64,000 nt of DNA. Origin: Octopus sinensis. Lineage: Eukaryota. The translations under genes and the position numbers were made by a program. This document shows positions 39,363 to 53,380 of this stretch, in pieces (positions within the stretch are counted from its first letter, which is position 1; each line of letters opens with the position of its first letter). The stretch spans positions 152,334,001 through 152,398,000 of the forward strand of contig NC_042998.1 in the NCBI RefSeq assembly GCF_006345805.1, written 5' to 3'. The notes under the pieces are model-generated. The model saw only the letters and a program-made list of their open reading frames with translations. It ran no database searches and was not told the origin of the DNA.

Positions 39363-41299
39363 ATTCCAGGTTGATTTGATCCTATTTCAGAAGGTTTTCA
39401 CGAAGGTTTACTTGTTAAGATATTTCTGAAATACATTATGAAAATGACCTGAGAATTCGTCATTTTTAAGTCAATTTTTACTGTTAGTATTTGACCAGAA
39501 TGTGACACAAGTCTCCTCTTCTGTGCAGCATCGAAGACAAATAAAAGACCGCTCTTTTATCAATAAGTTCCCTTCATTTGTACAGATTCTATGAATATCT
39601 TTGATGACGTCCAAACATAACATTGACATCTTTAAGGTTTGGTTCCAAGGTTGTTGAAAAGTTGATATTTCCAAGAATGTTGATTTTGTTCCAAGTGCAA
39701 TATTTAATTGGTGCTGTCAGTCGTTTATTTATGCAACTTAAGAATTTATCAACATCGCTGGAAGGCATTTCTCGATATATTCAACGCTATTGCTTCCATT
39801 ACTGAAACTACCAATTCCAGACATCTGCATATTTATCCCATACTCTTCAACGCTATTCCAGTCACTTTCTTACCTATCCTTTGATAAATCTTTAATTTTC
39901 TTCCTTTTATTATTTTTATCTCAATAACGTGATCAACACCAGCATTGACAACATTGTCAATACTATTAATGTGTGTGGTTGTGTGTGTATTAAGTGCGTG
40001 CGTATGTTCGTGTGGATGTGTGTATTTGTGCATTTGCATGTGTGAATTTCACATGTAGGAATATATCTTGTTAAACTTAAACAAAGGGGACCAATAGAAC
40101 TAATTTATAATCTTCTAAGAATTTCGTCAGAGAAAGACTATCTATCATCTATATGCACACATACACACACATTCACACATATTCACGCGAGTATATGTAT
40201 GTGTGTATTTATGTATATGTGTGCACGTGTATGCGCCTGTATGTGTGTAGAGTAATAAGATCCCCGTGAGTTCAACAGAGAACGTCTTAGTAAACCTAAA
40301 TCCACACACACATATATACCATCTTCACTGGACCAAATCACTGTATCTTCTTCATTATGAACTCTTTCCGATGCACCTCAAACAACCTTATATATGCGCT
40401 CTAATGTTCTTGACTTGACAGCGGATCACCTAGCTCTCGACAGTTTCACTCCACTGATCACTTCACCCAACACCTCTCAATCTTTTTTTTACCCTTTAAC
40501 ACCGGATCCACTATCACCCACCTCTTGGGTGAACAAAAACTCATCTTTTTATTCCAAATGTACAAGCTTTTAATTCAAATTCACCGCCTCACTTCTAGAT
40601 TGCACTTTACGCCCACTTGCTCCAGAATTATACACCACTTCCTTTTGATTCCCTTCACCTTCACTCCTGCATCCTTTTGCACCGCCAGTCATAGCTTTGC
40701 CGCTACCCTCCACAATCCACATTTCACCCTTTGTTATCATTATCCCTTCCACACACGTTCATTCGTTCATCTTTCTCTTAAACACACATCCACGCAAATA
40801 CCTCTATCTATCTTCCATGTTGTCTCGACACGCTCATGCAAAGTGACATGCTGACACACATAACCATACTCATCGGCATGCAGACACACATAACCACTCT
40901 ACTACTTTGTTCACATGCAGATACACATGCACATAATTCTATTCGCCCTCCATCTTGTCTCTTTGATTCGCGGACACACATACATACTCACACGCACTTA
41001 CTTGCGCGCGCACATGTACGCACTCCCATTCTCATGGCTGTTCCCCCACTCTTCATTTATACATGCATACACACATGTTAATTCGTCGGGTTTGACTTTG
41101 TTGACTGATCCAGGTCAAGCGCGCATGGAAAATTATTCTTATAGTGTGGACAGGCAGAGATGGTAATTGTTGGAGATTTGACGACGCTGGTTCTCCTGGC
41201 TTCTCTGAGTTGCTCAGCTGCAGCAATCCAGTTAGCTTCGCAGATGAACAGCTATACTTTTCGTTTCACATGTGAACAACTGCTCGCCACTTGCATCTG

Positions 41300-42060
41300 C
41301 CATAAGCTATCTGCTCCCGTGTAGACATACATGACTGACGCTAAAGGCTTTTGGGGAAGCTTTAAAATAATTTTTTAAAGCTTTTTCTGGCTTTCTGAAA
41401 ATGTTTGCCTTGTTGAATGAAGTTCGCCACATAACAGTTTCTTTGTGAGTTGGTGTTCTGCCATGTGAACTACATGACCTACTCAGCGAACTTGAGCTTG
41501 TATTAGGATGGTGTAGATGCTGGGATGATAGCACAGGTAAGTACCTCAGTGTCTAGAATTTGTCTCGCCACTTTATGCCAAGAGGTTTCCTAACGCGGGT
41601 TATGTGGGAGTGGGTCAATTTTTTAGCATGGTGTTAGACTGTCCACGTTTTACAGTCAATGGGTAGAGATGTGAGAATTAGGGCCCAATACACTTTAATC
41701 TTTGTTTCTATAGTGATGCCGCTCCTGCTTCACATTTTCTTATAGATATGCCAAAGGCAACACTTGCTATATTTCTGGAGATTGTGCTCCCAAGGTATGT
41801 AAACTTATCCACTGCATACAGTCGTTGTCCATTGACGATAATGGTGGGTTAAGTGTGAGGATTTCCAGGAGTTGACTGATACATTTCTTCCATCTTCTTT
41901 GTACTGAGTGTGAGGCCGAAGATTTTTGCAAGCCTCAGAGAACTAGTACACATTGTGATGCATGTCAGCTTCGAAGGTAGAGTTGAAGACACAGTCATCA
42001 GTAAACAGGAAGTCATTTATAGCATCTATCATAACCTTGTTTTATTTTGCTTGGGGTTTC
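41300..42060 (-). mobile_element. RTE (BovB-like) LINE fragment
   Basis: Decayed DFLFTDDC.., GITIETKIKVYWALILTSL..CKTWTV; same family type as 21495-23010. Confidence 0.7.
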
Positions 42061-42524
42061 CTGAGATTAAAAAGTAAGCCATCAGTGCGGTATTTAATGC
42101 CGATTACTTATGTCTGTATTTTCAAGGCATGGCTGAAAAATATGAAACTGAACAGAGTTGAATAAGGCCACAAGCCTATTGAATTCATTTGAGTCACACA
42201 CACACATACCACACACACAATACACCACACACACATACAAGCGCAACACGCACATATACAGTGCACTCAGTCACACACATTGTTTTATTTTGCTTGGGGT
42301 TTCCTGAGATTAAAAAGTAAGCCATCAGTGCGGTATTTAATGCCGATACTTATGTCTGTATTTTTCAAGGCATGGCTGAAAACATGAAACTGAACAGAGT
42401 TGGAATAAGGCCACAAGCCTACTTGAATTCATTTGAGTCACACACACACATACACACACACACATACACACACACACATACAAGCGCATACACGCACATA
42501 TACACGTGCACTCAGTCACACACA
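42037..42524 (+). repeat. 243-bp tandem duplication
   Basis: ttgttttattttgcttggggtttcctgagattaaaaagtaagcc... starts at 42037 and at 42280. Confidence 0.9.
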
Positions 42525-42859
42525 TTCTTCAACACTTCAGCAATCCTATTTCGACTGACAGCTGTGAATCACGCCTTTCTTCCCCATCTCCCACTTGGCA
42601 TCTCTGCCTAACCGCCACTCTTTGGCTTGCTAACACTCTCTCTAGCTTGCACACACACACTGTTACGACTTGGTGGCCATAACCCGAATCTATAGAACTA
42701 ACAATGAAGTTTTTTTAAATATTAGTAATTAAGCGTCAGCATCCACAAACAACCTACAAACAAACACATATATAGGAACAAATAAATTAATGCTACACTA
42801 GAGGTGCAGTCAAAATATTTACAAAAGTAAAATATATACAGTTTAGAAATTTCGATTCA

Positions 42860-42998
42860 GAAATTTGGTTTCATAAATTTGGTTCATAAACTTGATTTCA
42901 TAAATTTGGTTTCATTGAATTCATAAATTAGGATTCGTAAATTTGGTTTCGTTGGATTCATAAATTTGCTTTCATAAATTTGGTTTTCGAAATTTGGA
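42860..42998 (+). repeat. About 14-bp minisatellite (ttcataaatttggt)
   Basis: Direct inspection. Confidence 0.85.
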
Positions 42999-43244
42999 CC
43001 CAGATGTGAGACAGAAATTATTTAAATCTGAAAAGCAAAAGTTCTGGCGAATTCCTGGAGCATAAAATAAATCCATAAAACCCTAACACAAAGCACAAAG
43101 TGCATAAACTAAACAGTCAATCATAGCTTTCCGTATCCAATTGAACAACCTTGTCTCACAGAAAAAAAAAACACTGCCCAATAATATTATTTCATAATAT
43201 ACTCATAAAGCAGTCATAATTTTTTAGGAAAACATTAATTTCCT

Positions 43245-43280
<36 letters not shown>

Positions 43281-43639
43281 CATAACACCTCGCATTTTAC
43301 TGTTTGCTTCACCAGTCTGTTTTCCCCTTCACACTCTTGCATCCGATCTCAACTCCTAAAATACATGCTTTCTCATTACTCAACAACCTACAGACATACA
43401 CACACATATGCACAAACAAATGATAACACCACTATACTTACACTCTTTCACACATGTGCGCACGTACACACATTACACTAACACACACACACATCACTTC
43501 TCCTTATGTCTGCTCCTAAACACGAATGAGTTGTATAAATGTTCGTGACCTTCGGTTGTTGACGATTGCACTCGACAGCTTCCAATAGACTAACTTGCTA
43601 ATCCTGTCTCTGAAAGCTTAACGCTCCAAGAAAGATACA

Positions 43640-44340
43640 TTCAGCTTCCAGTATCTTTGGCCCTGCCAATGAATTCTACCTAGGCCGACCGTACAGATCA
43701 CAAATTTGTGGTCTGTGTAGTCGATGATTTTGAATTGTGGACAACTTACGCTACTTCTATCGACTACCTACAAATTACTCTATCTAAATACGATCTGGAT
43801 GACCCGATGCTATTTTTCCATGTCTATTATGGAGCATTAGAGAAGTTGAGTCAGTACCTGTCAGCCTGTTGGAAGCGACTGAGCAGGTTTGTGAGGTTTT
43901 ACACCCTCCTCTCCTATCTACTAACCCCAGACAGTCCGAGCATGCACCCAAGATTACATTCCAATTGCCCACTATCAATAAAGAGTGAAACGTTCCAAGT
44001 AAAGTTTCCAAACGTCTGAATAAATTCAGCTGCCGCGCCCCAACGACTAGTCTGAAAGTACAACCTTTGCTACCGTTCACGTCCAAGACTACCAGCTAAC
44101 CATCCGAGCCCAGGAAGATGTCTGTACCTCGAGAGCCAAATCTTCAAGAGCAAAGCTTTCAGTTGGCCAGTCTCCCCACACAGGTAGCACCGAAATCTTC
44201 CACCCTCAACCGTAATATGTAGCTCCTCACCTCCCAGAAGGCGAATGAGGACTGAGATCTTGTGTATAGTATCTGGTTTGAAGTGGAGTAGCACCTCCAC
44301 ACTGATCCCAGGTCAGTTTTCACGAAGGGTTCGCTTCACC
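43640..44340 (-). mobile_element. L1/Tx1-like LINE: ORF1 zinc knuckle joined to an APE endonuclease fragment
   Basis: LHITVEGGRFRCYLCGETGQLKA; FRRLETLLGTFHSLLIVGNWNVILGA (GDFN-like motif). Confidence 0.65.
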
Positions 44341-44665
44341 AACAGGAGGATGTTACTTCTCTCTAAAACAACAGCTACCATATATTTAGCTCAGTTGGAA
44401 TCTCTGTAGTCTTCATTCTTACCGTCTTTTCGTAAATATGATAGATGGAGAACCTATTTATCGCTCCGACAAGAAATCACGGAATGGTTAAAGGTCAGAG
44501 CATCAATCTTGAAGAACACTGAGATGCCAGAAAATTGCATGGTCCTCAAGATATACTTACTGTATGTCAGGCATTATTTCTTTCAACGCTCCTTCTACAC
44601 ATGTCTGACTCGCAGTCTCCGACCGTTTTGTGTTTATGGAAACATATTTATATATTACTGTTTTG

Positions 44666-44721
<56 letters not shown>

Positions 44722-44849
44722 CTGCCAACATCCAAGATGAGGGGATGGCTATGTGAGCCCATAATTTTTCGAGTTTGATCAGTTTGACCCATTAGGCCAG
44801 GCATATGCAATTTTGTAAGATATCCATATTATACAACTGTTACTCCGAA

Positions 44850-45130
44850 TGTATTGTTGTTATTGTTGTCATTCACGTTGAAATTATTGTTGTCGTCTAT
44901 ATTGCAATAGTTACTGTTGTTTTTGTCTCTTCCTTTTGTCATATTTGTTGTTGTTATCGTTGTTGTTGTTGTTGTTACTGTTGTTGTTGTTGTTGTTGCT
45001 GCTGCTGCTGCTGTTGTTGTTATTATTGTTGTTGCTGTTGTTGTTGTTATTGTTGTTGTTGTCGTTGCTGTTGTTGTTGTTGTTGTTGTGGTGGTGGTGG
45101 TGGTGGTGGTGGTGGTGGTGGTGGTGGCTG
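44850..45130. repeat. (GTT)n/(GCT)n/(GGT)n trinucleotide tract
   Basis: Direct inspection. Confidence 0.95.
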
Positions 45131-45609
45131 TGTTCATGGAAGTGTCGTTGTCACCGTTGGTTGATGACTGGTATTTACGCTATTTTCGGGAGGAAGTCGA
45201 TTATATTCTCGTACTGTGTTGTTACTTTGGTTGTTGTTGTTGTTGTTGCTCCTGCTGCTGTTTCTTACCATAATGGTAATGTGGTCCTCTGCATTTTGAA
45301 CTTGGTTAACCACCCTTTCCATTTGAAGTTTGAGAACTCTGACATGTATTGCAACTCTCTATCAGAGCTACCTCTGACTTCCTCCTCTATTCTTTTTCGA
45401 ATTTGAGCCCCAAATGGGCACAAACAGACGAACAAACCACTCCTATGAGGCTCGGGTGGCTTCATCAAACGATTTGTAACAAAATTAAATAATTAGCAAC
45501 TTTTGAAGACAAATAAACAGATAACTTACGGGCGATACGACGCACGTCCAACTAATGCGAATAATAATAGTAATAATTATAATAATTACAATAATAGTAA
45601 TAATAATAC

Positions 45610-47765
45610 TCTTGATGTAAATCAAGCCAAGGAGTTCTGGAGCAGATTATGGGGAAACAATGTGGTGCATAAAAGGGATGCAATGTGGACAGGAACTACC
45701 AAGACAGAATTACAAGGAGGAAAGAAACAAAGGAATATTGTCATAAGCATGGGTGATGTAAAAGTACAAGTGGGTAAAGTGCCTAACTGGAAAGCCCCAG
45801 GACTAGATGGGATTCATGGCTTCTCACTGAAGAGATACCACGCGGTGCATGAAAGAATAGGAGCCCGATTGAATGAGTGTATCCAGAAAGGTACAGTCCT
45901 CGTGTGGATGGTGACTGGGAGGAAAACATTTATAATGAAAGATAGAAAGGGAATATTGTCCGGAAGCTACCGTCCCATAGCATGTCTAAACATAATCTGG
46001 AAGATACTTACTGAAATATATGCGACAAAGACATACACTTTTCTGGCACAGAAAGAAATACTACTCAGGGAACAAAAAGGATGTAGGAAGAGTTCTCAGA
46101 GTACTGAGGTTCAGTTTTGAGGGATTGTAAAAAGACATCATACAAACATATAAACATGTTTATAGCCTGGAATGACTTTAAGAAGGCATATGATACGATG
46201 CCTCATTCTTGGATCGTTGAATGCCTGCAGATATTTGGTGTTGCTGACAACATCACAAATTTTCTGATGCATAGCATGAAAGAGTGGAAAACCAAATTGT
46301 ACTCAAGTAATGTATCCCTTACATTTTGTAATTGCACTAATACCCATGAAAATGACACTTCGGAAAGTTAAGATGGGTTACCGATGTGGGAAGGCCCATC
46401 ATTGAACCATCTTCTGTTTGTTGATAACCTAAAATTGTTTAGGAAATCTGAAAAACAGATAGATTCCTTAACCAAAACAGTCCAGAAGTGTGGTATGGAT
46501 ATTGGTATGGAATTTGGGATTACCATATGCTCAGTACTTAATATGAAAAGAGGGAAGAAAGCAGCTTGCAAAGGATTGCGGTTACCATCAGGAGAGACCA
46601 TGGGTGAACCCGACGGTAGTGGGTATAGATATTTAGGGATTTGGGAGTTGGATGACATTCTACACAGAGAAATGAAAGTCAAGGTCAACGATGCGTATCA
46701 AAAAAGGGTGAAGTTGGTGTTGAAATCCAACTTGAATACCAAAAATTTTATTACTGCAATGAATATCTGGACAGTTGCGGTAATGGACTAAGGATGAAAT
46801 ATCAACACTGGATAGAAGGACGAGGAAGTTGATGAGGCTGCGTGGAACGCTACACCCAATAGCAAACGTAAACAGACTGTATATGAAAAGAAAGAATGGT
46901 GGCAGAGGACTAATTTGTATAGACCATTGTATAAGGAGTGAAAGGAGAACTCTTGCCGAGTATTTTATAAATAGGGATGAAGACCTGCTGCAATATGCCA
47001 CGAAAGATATAGGTGTAAATGCAGATGAAATGATGGGCAACGGAGGGTTTAACCAATGAGCTTAGAAGAGAAAAGCAGACCTTCTTGAAATGAGAATGTA
47101 TGGATAGTTTGAAAGGAATACACAGGACGTTAAGAATAATACAGCATCGTGGGCGTGGCTTGAGCAAGGTGATTTGAAGCGTACCACCGAAAGCCTGATC
47201 ATTGCTGCACAAGACCAGGCTCTCGTTACAAATTCAATGAAGTATAACATCTATAAAACTTCTGGTACCCAGCAATGCAGACTCTGTGGAAAGAGTGTGG
47301 AAAATGAGATCCACTTGATAAGTGGCTGTGAGAGCTTTGCACAAAAAGAATACAAGCGCCGCCACGATAAAGTGTGTGTGTGTATCTTCATTGGCTCTTA
47401 TGCCGTAAATACGAAGTAACAGAGAACTGGTATGAGTATGTATCAAGTAAAGTTATGCAGGAGGATTGAAAAGTAACAATACTCTGGAACTATGATTTTT
47501 CAGACGGATCGTGTAATCGAACACCGTTGACTGGATATTGTCATATTGAATAAGAGAGACAAATACTGTCAGATCATTGATGTAGCCATACTAAATGACA
47601 GGAATGTTGTGAGTAAAGAGGTTGAAAAAATCACCAAGTACTCCGAATTGAAAGTGGAAATGGCAAGAATGTATAGAATGCGAGAGGGTAATCTAAAAGT
47701 GATACCAGTGGTGATCGGAACGTTGGGCTCAATCAATAGTGGAGAAAAGACTTTAGTGAGCTTGT
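45610..47765 (+). mobile_element. R4/Dong-clade LINE (RT plus RLE), decayed, lacking the N-terminal region and part of RT motif B
   Basis: EFWSRLW; NWKAPGLDGIHGF; YRPIACL; EQKGCR; WNDFKKAYDTMPHSWI; NHLLFVDNLKL; LYMKRKNGGRGLICI; CRLCGKSVENEIHLISGC..EYKRRHDKV; DIVI..IIDVAI..EKITKYSEL. Confidence 0.9.
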
Positions 47766-48512
47766 GACTATATAAATAGAAAGATTTTCTTTCTATTTAT
47801 ATATGCCTGGAGATCCACTTGAAAATTACCACTCCAGCCTGCACTACTCGAAGACTCGCTTTCCTAGCCCACGGAGAATTTAATTTGCATAGTTAGTATA
47901 ACAAATATATTCCTTGGTGTTATGTATCTTTGTTGTGAATGGAGAAAATAATATTGCAAATAGTGTGCCAAAATTTAGCTAAACTCAACCAGTCCTCCAC
48001 AAAAGAGTTCATGGAATATATTTGATAATGATTAATAAAGCGTAAGTTAACATTTCCAGAATCACAGCAAAAAAAAACATCATATCACGTGAATGCTTAA
48101 ATGTAATAATTTAAAATGTTTCATTTTCAGTCGCGCATTGTCTTAATGAAACTCTCGTACTTGTTGCAATATAATTCAATCATTCATGTGTAACAACCTG
48201 TATTCATCTACACAAAATTTAAAGAACGGTTCACAGTTTTTTATGTATTAATGCAAGACTTTGAATATTACCTATATTCTCCATTCATCACTTAAATCGA
48301 CAGATCCTTTTTTTAATCTTATAGAAAGAACCAATGAAAACATCCCTTGTCTCAACAGCTTCTATGTAACAAACTGAAAGTGTCCCACCTACACTGATGA
48401 TACCAAAATTCAAAGAGCACAGTTCGGCGCATGTCCATGATGATGTTTAGATTTATGGTAAGGAGGATTGCGATGTTCCCAGTTCAGCTGAGTTTGAATA
48501 GAGTTACTTCAA

Positions 48513-49749
48513 CAAGGTGCGCCGTAAAGATTTCCAGATTATTTAAATAAGTTTACTGTATTAAATTTAGTTTGAAATTGCACAAAAATAATTAAATTGC
48601 GCTCCTCGACATTCAATTGTACATATACATCCCATTGTTTACATTCGATAAGTAAAAAGTTTCAATATAGCAGCTTACAAGCAAGTGAGATTGAAACTCT
48701 GAAAAAAGCAGGACGTAGCTTCAAAGGTTAGTGTTGATCCCAAAGTAGTCTATACTGTCATGAAACGCAACAGTGAGGCAGGTTCAATCGACACCAAGCT
48801 CATTCCTGGTCGAAAACGCTCCGTAATGATAAAACAATCGGTAAATGTCATCCGAAAGAGAGTGTTGCGAAATTCACGGCGGAGCATGAAGCAAATGTCT
48901 AAAAGTCTCGATATCTCCCAGAAAACCAGGCAACGGGTCATGCATGAAGACTTAAGTTGTAAGTTATTAAAATTGCAACGTCGACACCCAATTCCGGCCG
49001 CTTCCAAAACAAAATGACTAGACAAGTGCAAGAAAATGGAGGAGAAGTTTCAGAGCACCGGTGACAATGTCTTCATCTAGTCAGACGTAAATATATTCAC
49101 CGTGGAGGCTGTAGCGAACACCCAGAATGACGGGATCTTGACCACGATGTTGGATATTGTTCACGAGCAGCCCGTAAGGTGTTTCACCGAATGAAAACCT
49201 CCGGAGTGATGGTTTGGGTGGCAGTGTCATCCGATGGTGAAAAATCTCCTCCAGTGTCCATTAAAGAAGGGACGAAAGCCAATTCGGTGATCGAAGCATT
49301 TGGAGATAATTACGTGTTCACGCAAGACGGCGATCCTTCTCATACGACCAGTGTGATACAGCAGTGGTACAGGAGCCATTTTAGCGGGTTCTGGAACAAA
49401 ACTGTGAGGCCCCTTCCAGCCCAGACACCAATTCTACGGACATCTATATTTGGTTCATTCTAGAAAGTGACTTTTCAAGAGTATACTACAAAAATATCAC
49501 TGCTCAGAAGAAAACCTTAGTTGCGTCATGGGATCGTTTAAGTGAAGAAATTGTCCGGCGTTCGTGTGACGCTGTTCTCGGCCGTCTTCGAGCCATTGTA
49601 AAGGCTAAAGGCAGACATAGTGAATGAAACATATCTTAATATGCTACATGACCATATTTAATTAAATCCTAAAGAGTTCGTGTGTTTTTATGCCTTTTAC
49701 TTGAAGTTCTGGCTAAGAATTAATAGGGAATTCTTTACGGTGCACCAGG
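48513..49749 (+). mobile_element. Tc1/mariner DD37D element, decayed
   Basis: Imperfect TIRs caaggtgcgccgtaaagatttcc / ggaattctttacggtgcaccagg; PGRKRSV, SDVNIFTVEA, VMVWVAVS, TQDGDPSH...S(S)PDTNSTD with 37 spacing after a 1-nt frameshift. Confidence 0.8.
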
Positions 49750-50091
49750 TACACAGTAGAGTGTTCCCTTACAAATTTGAAGTAATTAATCATTGACGCT
49801 GTTTCTCCAATGTGTTCACCCAAAGATTGTGTACGTGTGTGTGTTTGTTTATTTGTTTGTCCATTTATTTATTTCTCCGTCATGCTTTTGCATGTTTCTC
49901 CGTCTACTGTCAGTTTGTTAGTCTATCTATGTATCACCTTTCCTGGCCATTGCTTCATTTTAACCATTTGTCTCATCCGGCATTCATCTCTTTCTTCGAT
50001 GAAAAAAATCACTAAGGACACAATACTCACAAAAGAATACACACGCATACGCGTGCGCCCATCTATAAATATACATATACACACATAAATA

Positions 50092-51144
50092 CAGTGGTGC
50101 CATTTAATTTAAGAAAGCTAGTATACTAACGTTAAAATGGCATTTTTTTTATATATTGTAGTTGTAAATTGTGAATTAAGATGTATAACAAATAAAGAAA
50201 ATCTTACAAGCTTTAATATGGTACACAACTTTACAGCGTAACCTCAACACATTAATTTTAAATTAAAAATAAATCTTAATTATCGTAATTTATAGCGCTA
50301 TTTAATTTAGGAACGATTTCTAAGATTTCATTTTTGTTTTTGCTTTAAAAAGTTTATTCTGAAATCAACGAAAAAAGAATAATAAGCTCACAGAATCAGT
50401 ATTTGGTTGGGTATCCAAAATTATTTAATACTGCAAAACATAGAATTGTTCTGATCATTTATCACTGTTCCTGAGATTTTTCCCCAATTTTGGCTAATAA
50501 TGTTAAAAAACTCAATCTTATTCTCTGGCATACTACTTTGCACAGCTCTACCCAACCATTCCCAAAGATTTCGATGGGATTTAGGTCAGGCGGTTTTTTT
50601 TTTGGGGGGGGGGCAGTCTATTAATGTATCTATCCATTCTTGTTGTTGTTTTTCTTGGTTGCCCAGTCGAGAGCGGTCTTTATAATCATTAGTTTCTTTA
50701 TAAAGATGGACAGCATTGTAGAAGGATGTTTTAAAGCATAGTATAATGATGTTTTGAAATAGCTTTATATGACCATTTCAACCTACTAAGCTGAACGGTC
50801 CTCGCTCTGGTTTTTGGTGTTAACTTTTGTCTCTTACCCATCACAACTATTAAGTAACTTAAAAATTGTACAGCATGCAAATTACCTTACCTTTATATTA
50901 GTCAATAAGACAAAAAAAACTGAAATTTTGCAAATCGTTCTTAAATTAAGTGGCGACGTAAAGTTTATTTTAATTTACAATTAATATGTTGGTATTACGC
51001 ACTAAAGTTGTATACCATATTAAAGCTCGTGAATTTTTTCTTTCTTTTGATATACATCTTAATTCACAATTTACAACTTGAATATATGAAAAATGCCATT
51101 TTAACATTAGAATACTAGCGTTCTTAAATTAAATAGCGCCACTG
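50092..51144 (-). mobile_element. Internally deleted Tc1 element with long (~250-bp) diverged TIRs
   Basis: TA|CAGTGGTGCCATTTAATTTAAG ... CTTAAATTAAATAGCGCCACTG|TA; minus-strand remnant PDLNPIE..WEWLGRAVQS. Confidence 0.85.
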
Positions 51145-51849
51145 TAAATAAAGATATTATTATTAATAATAATAATAACTATAATAATAACAGCAAGCAT
51201 TAAATCCAAAAAAGCAAATTTATAAATTTATAATTATCAATAAAATTAACATACCAACTTGTTCTATTTGTCCGTACATGTAGTGTGTGTCACACTTACT
51301 TCAAAGAAGTGAATGACAAAGCGAGAGAGAAGAGGACAGAGAGGAAAAGAGAGAGTTAGGGAGAAAGAGAGAGTGAGAGAGAAAGAGAGAGTGAGGGAGA
51401 AAGAGAGAGTAAGAGAGAAAGAGAGAGAGAGAGTGAGAGAAAATGAGAGAGAGTGGGAAAGAAAGAGAGAGAGTGAAAGAGACAGTGAGTGATGACGGCA
51501 TTCGTTTTATGTTTTTAAATGTTTCAGAGCGAAAGTAAGAGAGAAAGTGAGAGAGAGAGTGTGCATGTGTGAAAGAGACAGTGAGTAGTGACGGCGTTCT
51601 TTTTCTGTTTTGAAATGTTTATCACATCGCAAGAAAAGTAGATACATAGATCCAAAGAAAAGTTGTTACATAGATACATACAGACATTGTAAAATTAAAA
51701 GCAGGAGAGAGGAGGGACATAAGGAAAGTGAAAGAGCAAGAAAGAAAGTGAGAGAGACAGTAGATACATAAATCCAAAGAAAAGTTGATACATAGATACA
51801 TAAACACAACAAATATTGAATGTCACTTTCACTTTTCATTACCACACGA

Positions 51850-52010
51850 GGATAAAATTAACTCGCAAGTGCTGAGTACTCCACAGACATACATATCATT
51901 GACATAGTTTTCAGAGTGATTCAGCCTCACACAGTATGTGACAAGGCTGGTCCCTTTGAATTACTGCTACAACTCATTTTGGCCAGCTGAGTGGACTGGA
52001 GCAAGATAAA
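51850..52010 (-). mobile_element. Partial copy of the SINE at 52310-52612
   Basis: Shared gtactccacagaca..gattcagcctca..tgtgacaaggctgg..cctttgaatta..tacaactca..gccagctgagtg. Confidence 0.75.
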
Positions 52011-52309
52011 CCTTCAAGTAGTTTGAAGAATACGAAAAAAAGATCCTATATAGGGGCAGGAAAATCTTTTTAACCGTTAGGGTCACTATGGGTGTTAATA
52101 TGGTCCTAACAGCGGCATTTGCGGGTCTCACAGATCTGGAGGTCAAGCCTCCAGATAACAACAGGCTGTTGTTATCAAACTGAGCGTGATCCGGGGGCGA
52201 ATACACGACGGAATAGCAATTATTTCGTCTTAGCTTTCACTGCTTATACTAAACACGATATTTTTGCCTTACGATATGGAAAATTTCTTTTTCTTTCACT
52301 TAAAAAATG

Positions 52310-52612
52310 ACACTCCATCGGTTACGACGATGAGGTTCCTGTTTATCTGATCAACGAACAATCTGCTCGTAAAATTAACGCACAAGTACTCCACAGACAT
52401 GCATACCATAATTTAGTTCTCAGGGAGATTCAGCCTCATACAGAATGTGACAAGGCTGGCTCCTTTGAATTACAGGTACAACTCAGTTTTGCCAGCTGAG
52501 TGAACTGCAGCAAGGTAAAGTAGAGTACTTTGCTCAAAAACACAGCGCGCCACGGGGAATCGTACTCATGACTTTACGATAGTGTGTCGAATACGCCTAA
52601 CCACTGAGCCAC
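52310..52612 (-). mobile_element. tRNA-derived SINE
   Basis: Minus-strand head cgtggctcagtggttaggcgtattcgac..gagtacgattcccc (A/B-box-like), followed by the body and a 3' tail ..gtcgtaaccgatggagtg. Confidence 0.8.
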
Positions 52613-53199
52613 GCTCCTTCACTCTCTTAACTGTAGAGGAAAGGAGTGAAGTGATGGAGACAGAGAAAGGAAAGCCTCAGTCATTTACAATGACAATTAG
52701 ACTGAAATATGATCGATCTTTTCTAATTTCTTTACTTTTAACAATGAAGAAGAGGGAAGGCCATTTAGTAAGGAATAGAAGGAAAGTCTTTCAGATGTTT
52801 ACGTTCTTATTCTGGGAGTTCTAGACCGATCGACTGTTAGTTCTCTCTTCTTTCCTTCACCCCGGTACTTATTCGCCTTCATAGTTTTTCATGTCTTTTA
52901 GTTAGCGGGAAAAGACCATGTCTCTTTTATCGGGCACGTTTAACGTTTTCTCTATAAACTACAAACAAGCCCCAAATCCCTTATTTTATCTTTTTTCTTT
53001 TTCATAAAAAAAATAATGCAAATTTCGAACGGAGTATAGTTGTGAAAAGAGCCCAGAAAGATGGGTGGATGAGAGCCCTACAAAATGGGCAGGTGTGAAA
53101 AGTTGCCAACAGGTGACTACACGAAATTCAACTCTAGTATAGCCTCGGGCCGACCAAAACCCCGTGAGTGAATTTGGTAGACGGAAACTGAAAGAAGCG

Positions 53200-53311
<112 letters not shown>

Positions 53312-53380
53312 GTATATGTATGTATATGTATGCATGTGTGTATGTGTATATATATATATATACATGTATATATTTATGTA

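Noticed and set aside
37300-39830. Scattered frames reminiscent of a Sola-type transposase or a host exon (RFVPGHLK; DVIKDIHRICTNEGNLLIKERSFICLRCC)
   Set aside because: Short, stop-ridden and without termini or convincing splice context; needs a tBLASTn/HMM search before any call.
45405-45477. Possible HDV-like ribozyme upstream of the plus-strand R4 element (GAGCC/GGCTC, CTCCTA loop, GG)
   Set aside because: P1 is only 5 bp, P3 has a mismatch and J4/2 is too long. R4-type elements can have such ribozymes, so a consensus-level check is still worthwhile, but this copy does not fit.
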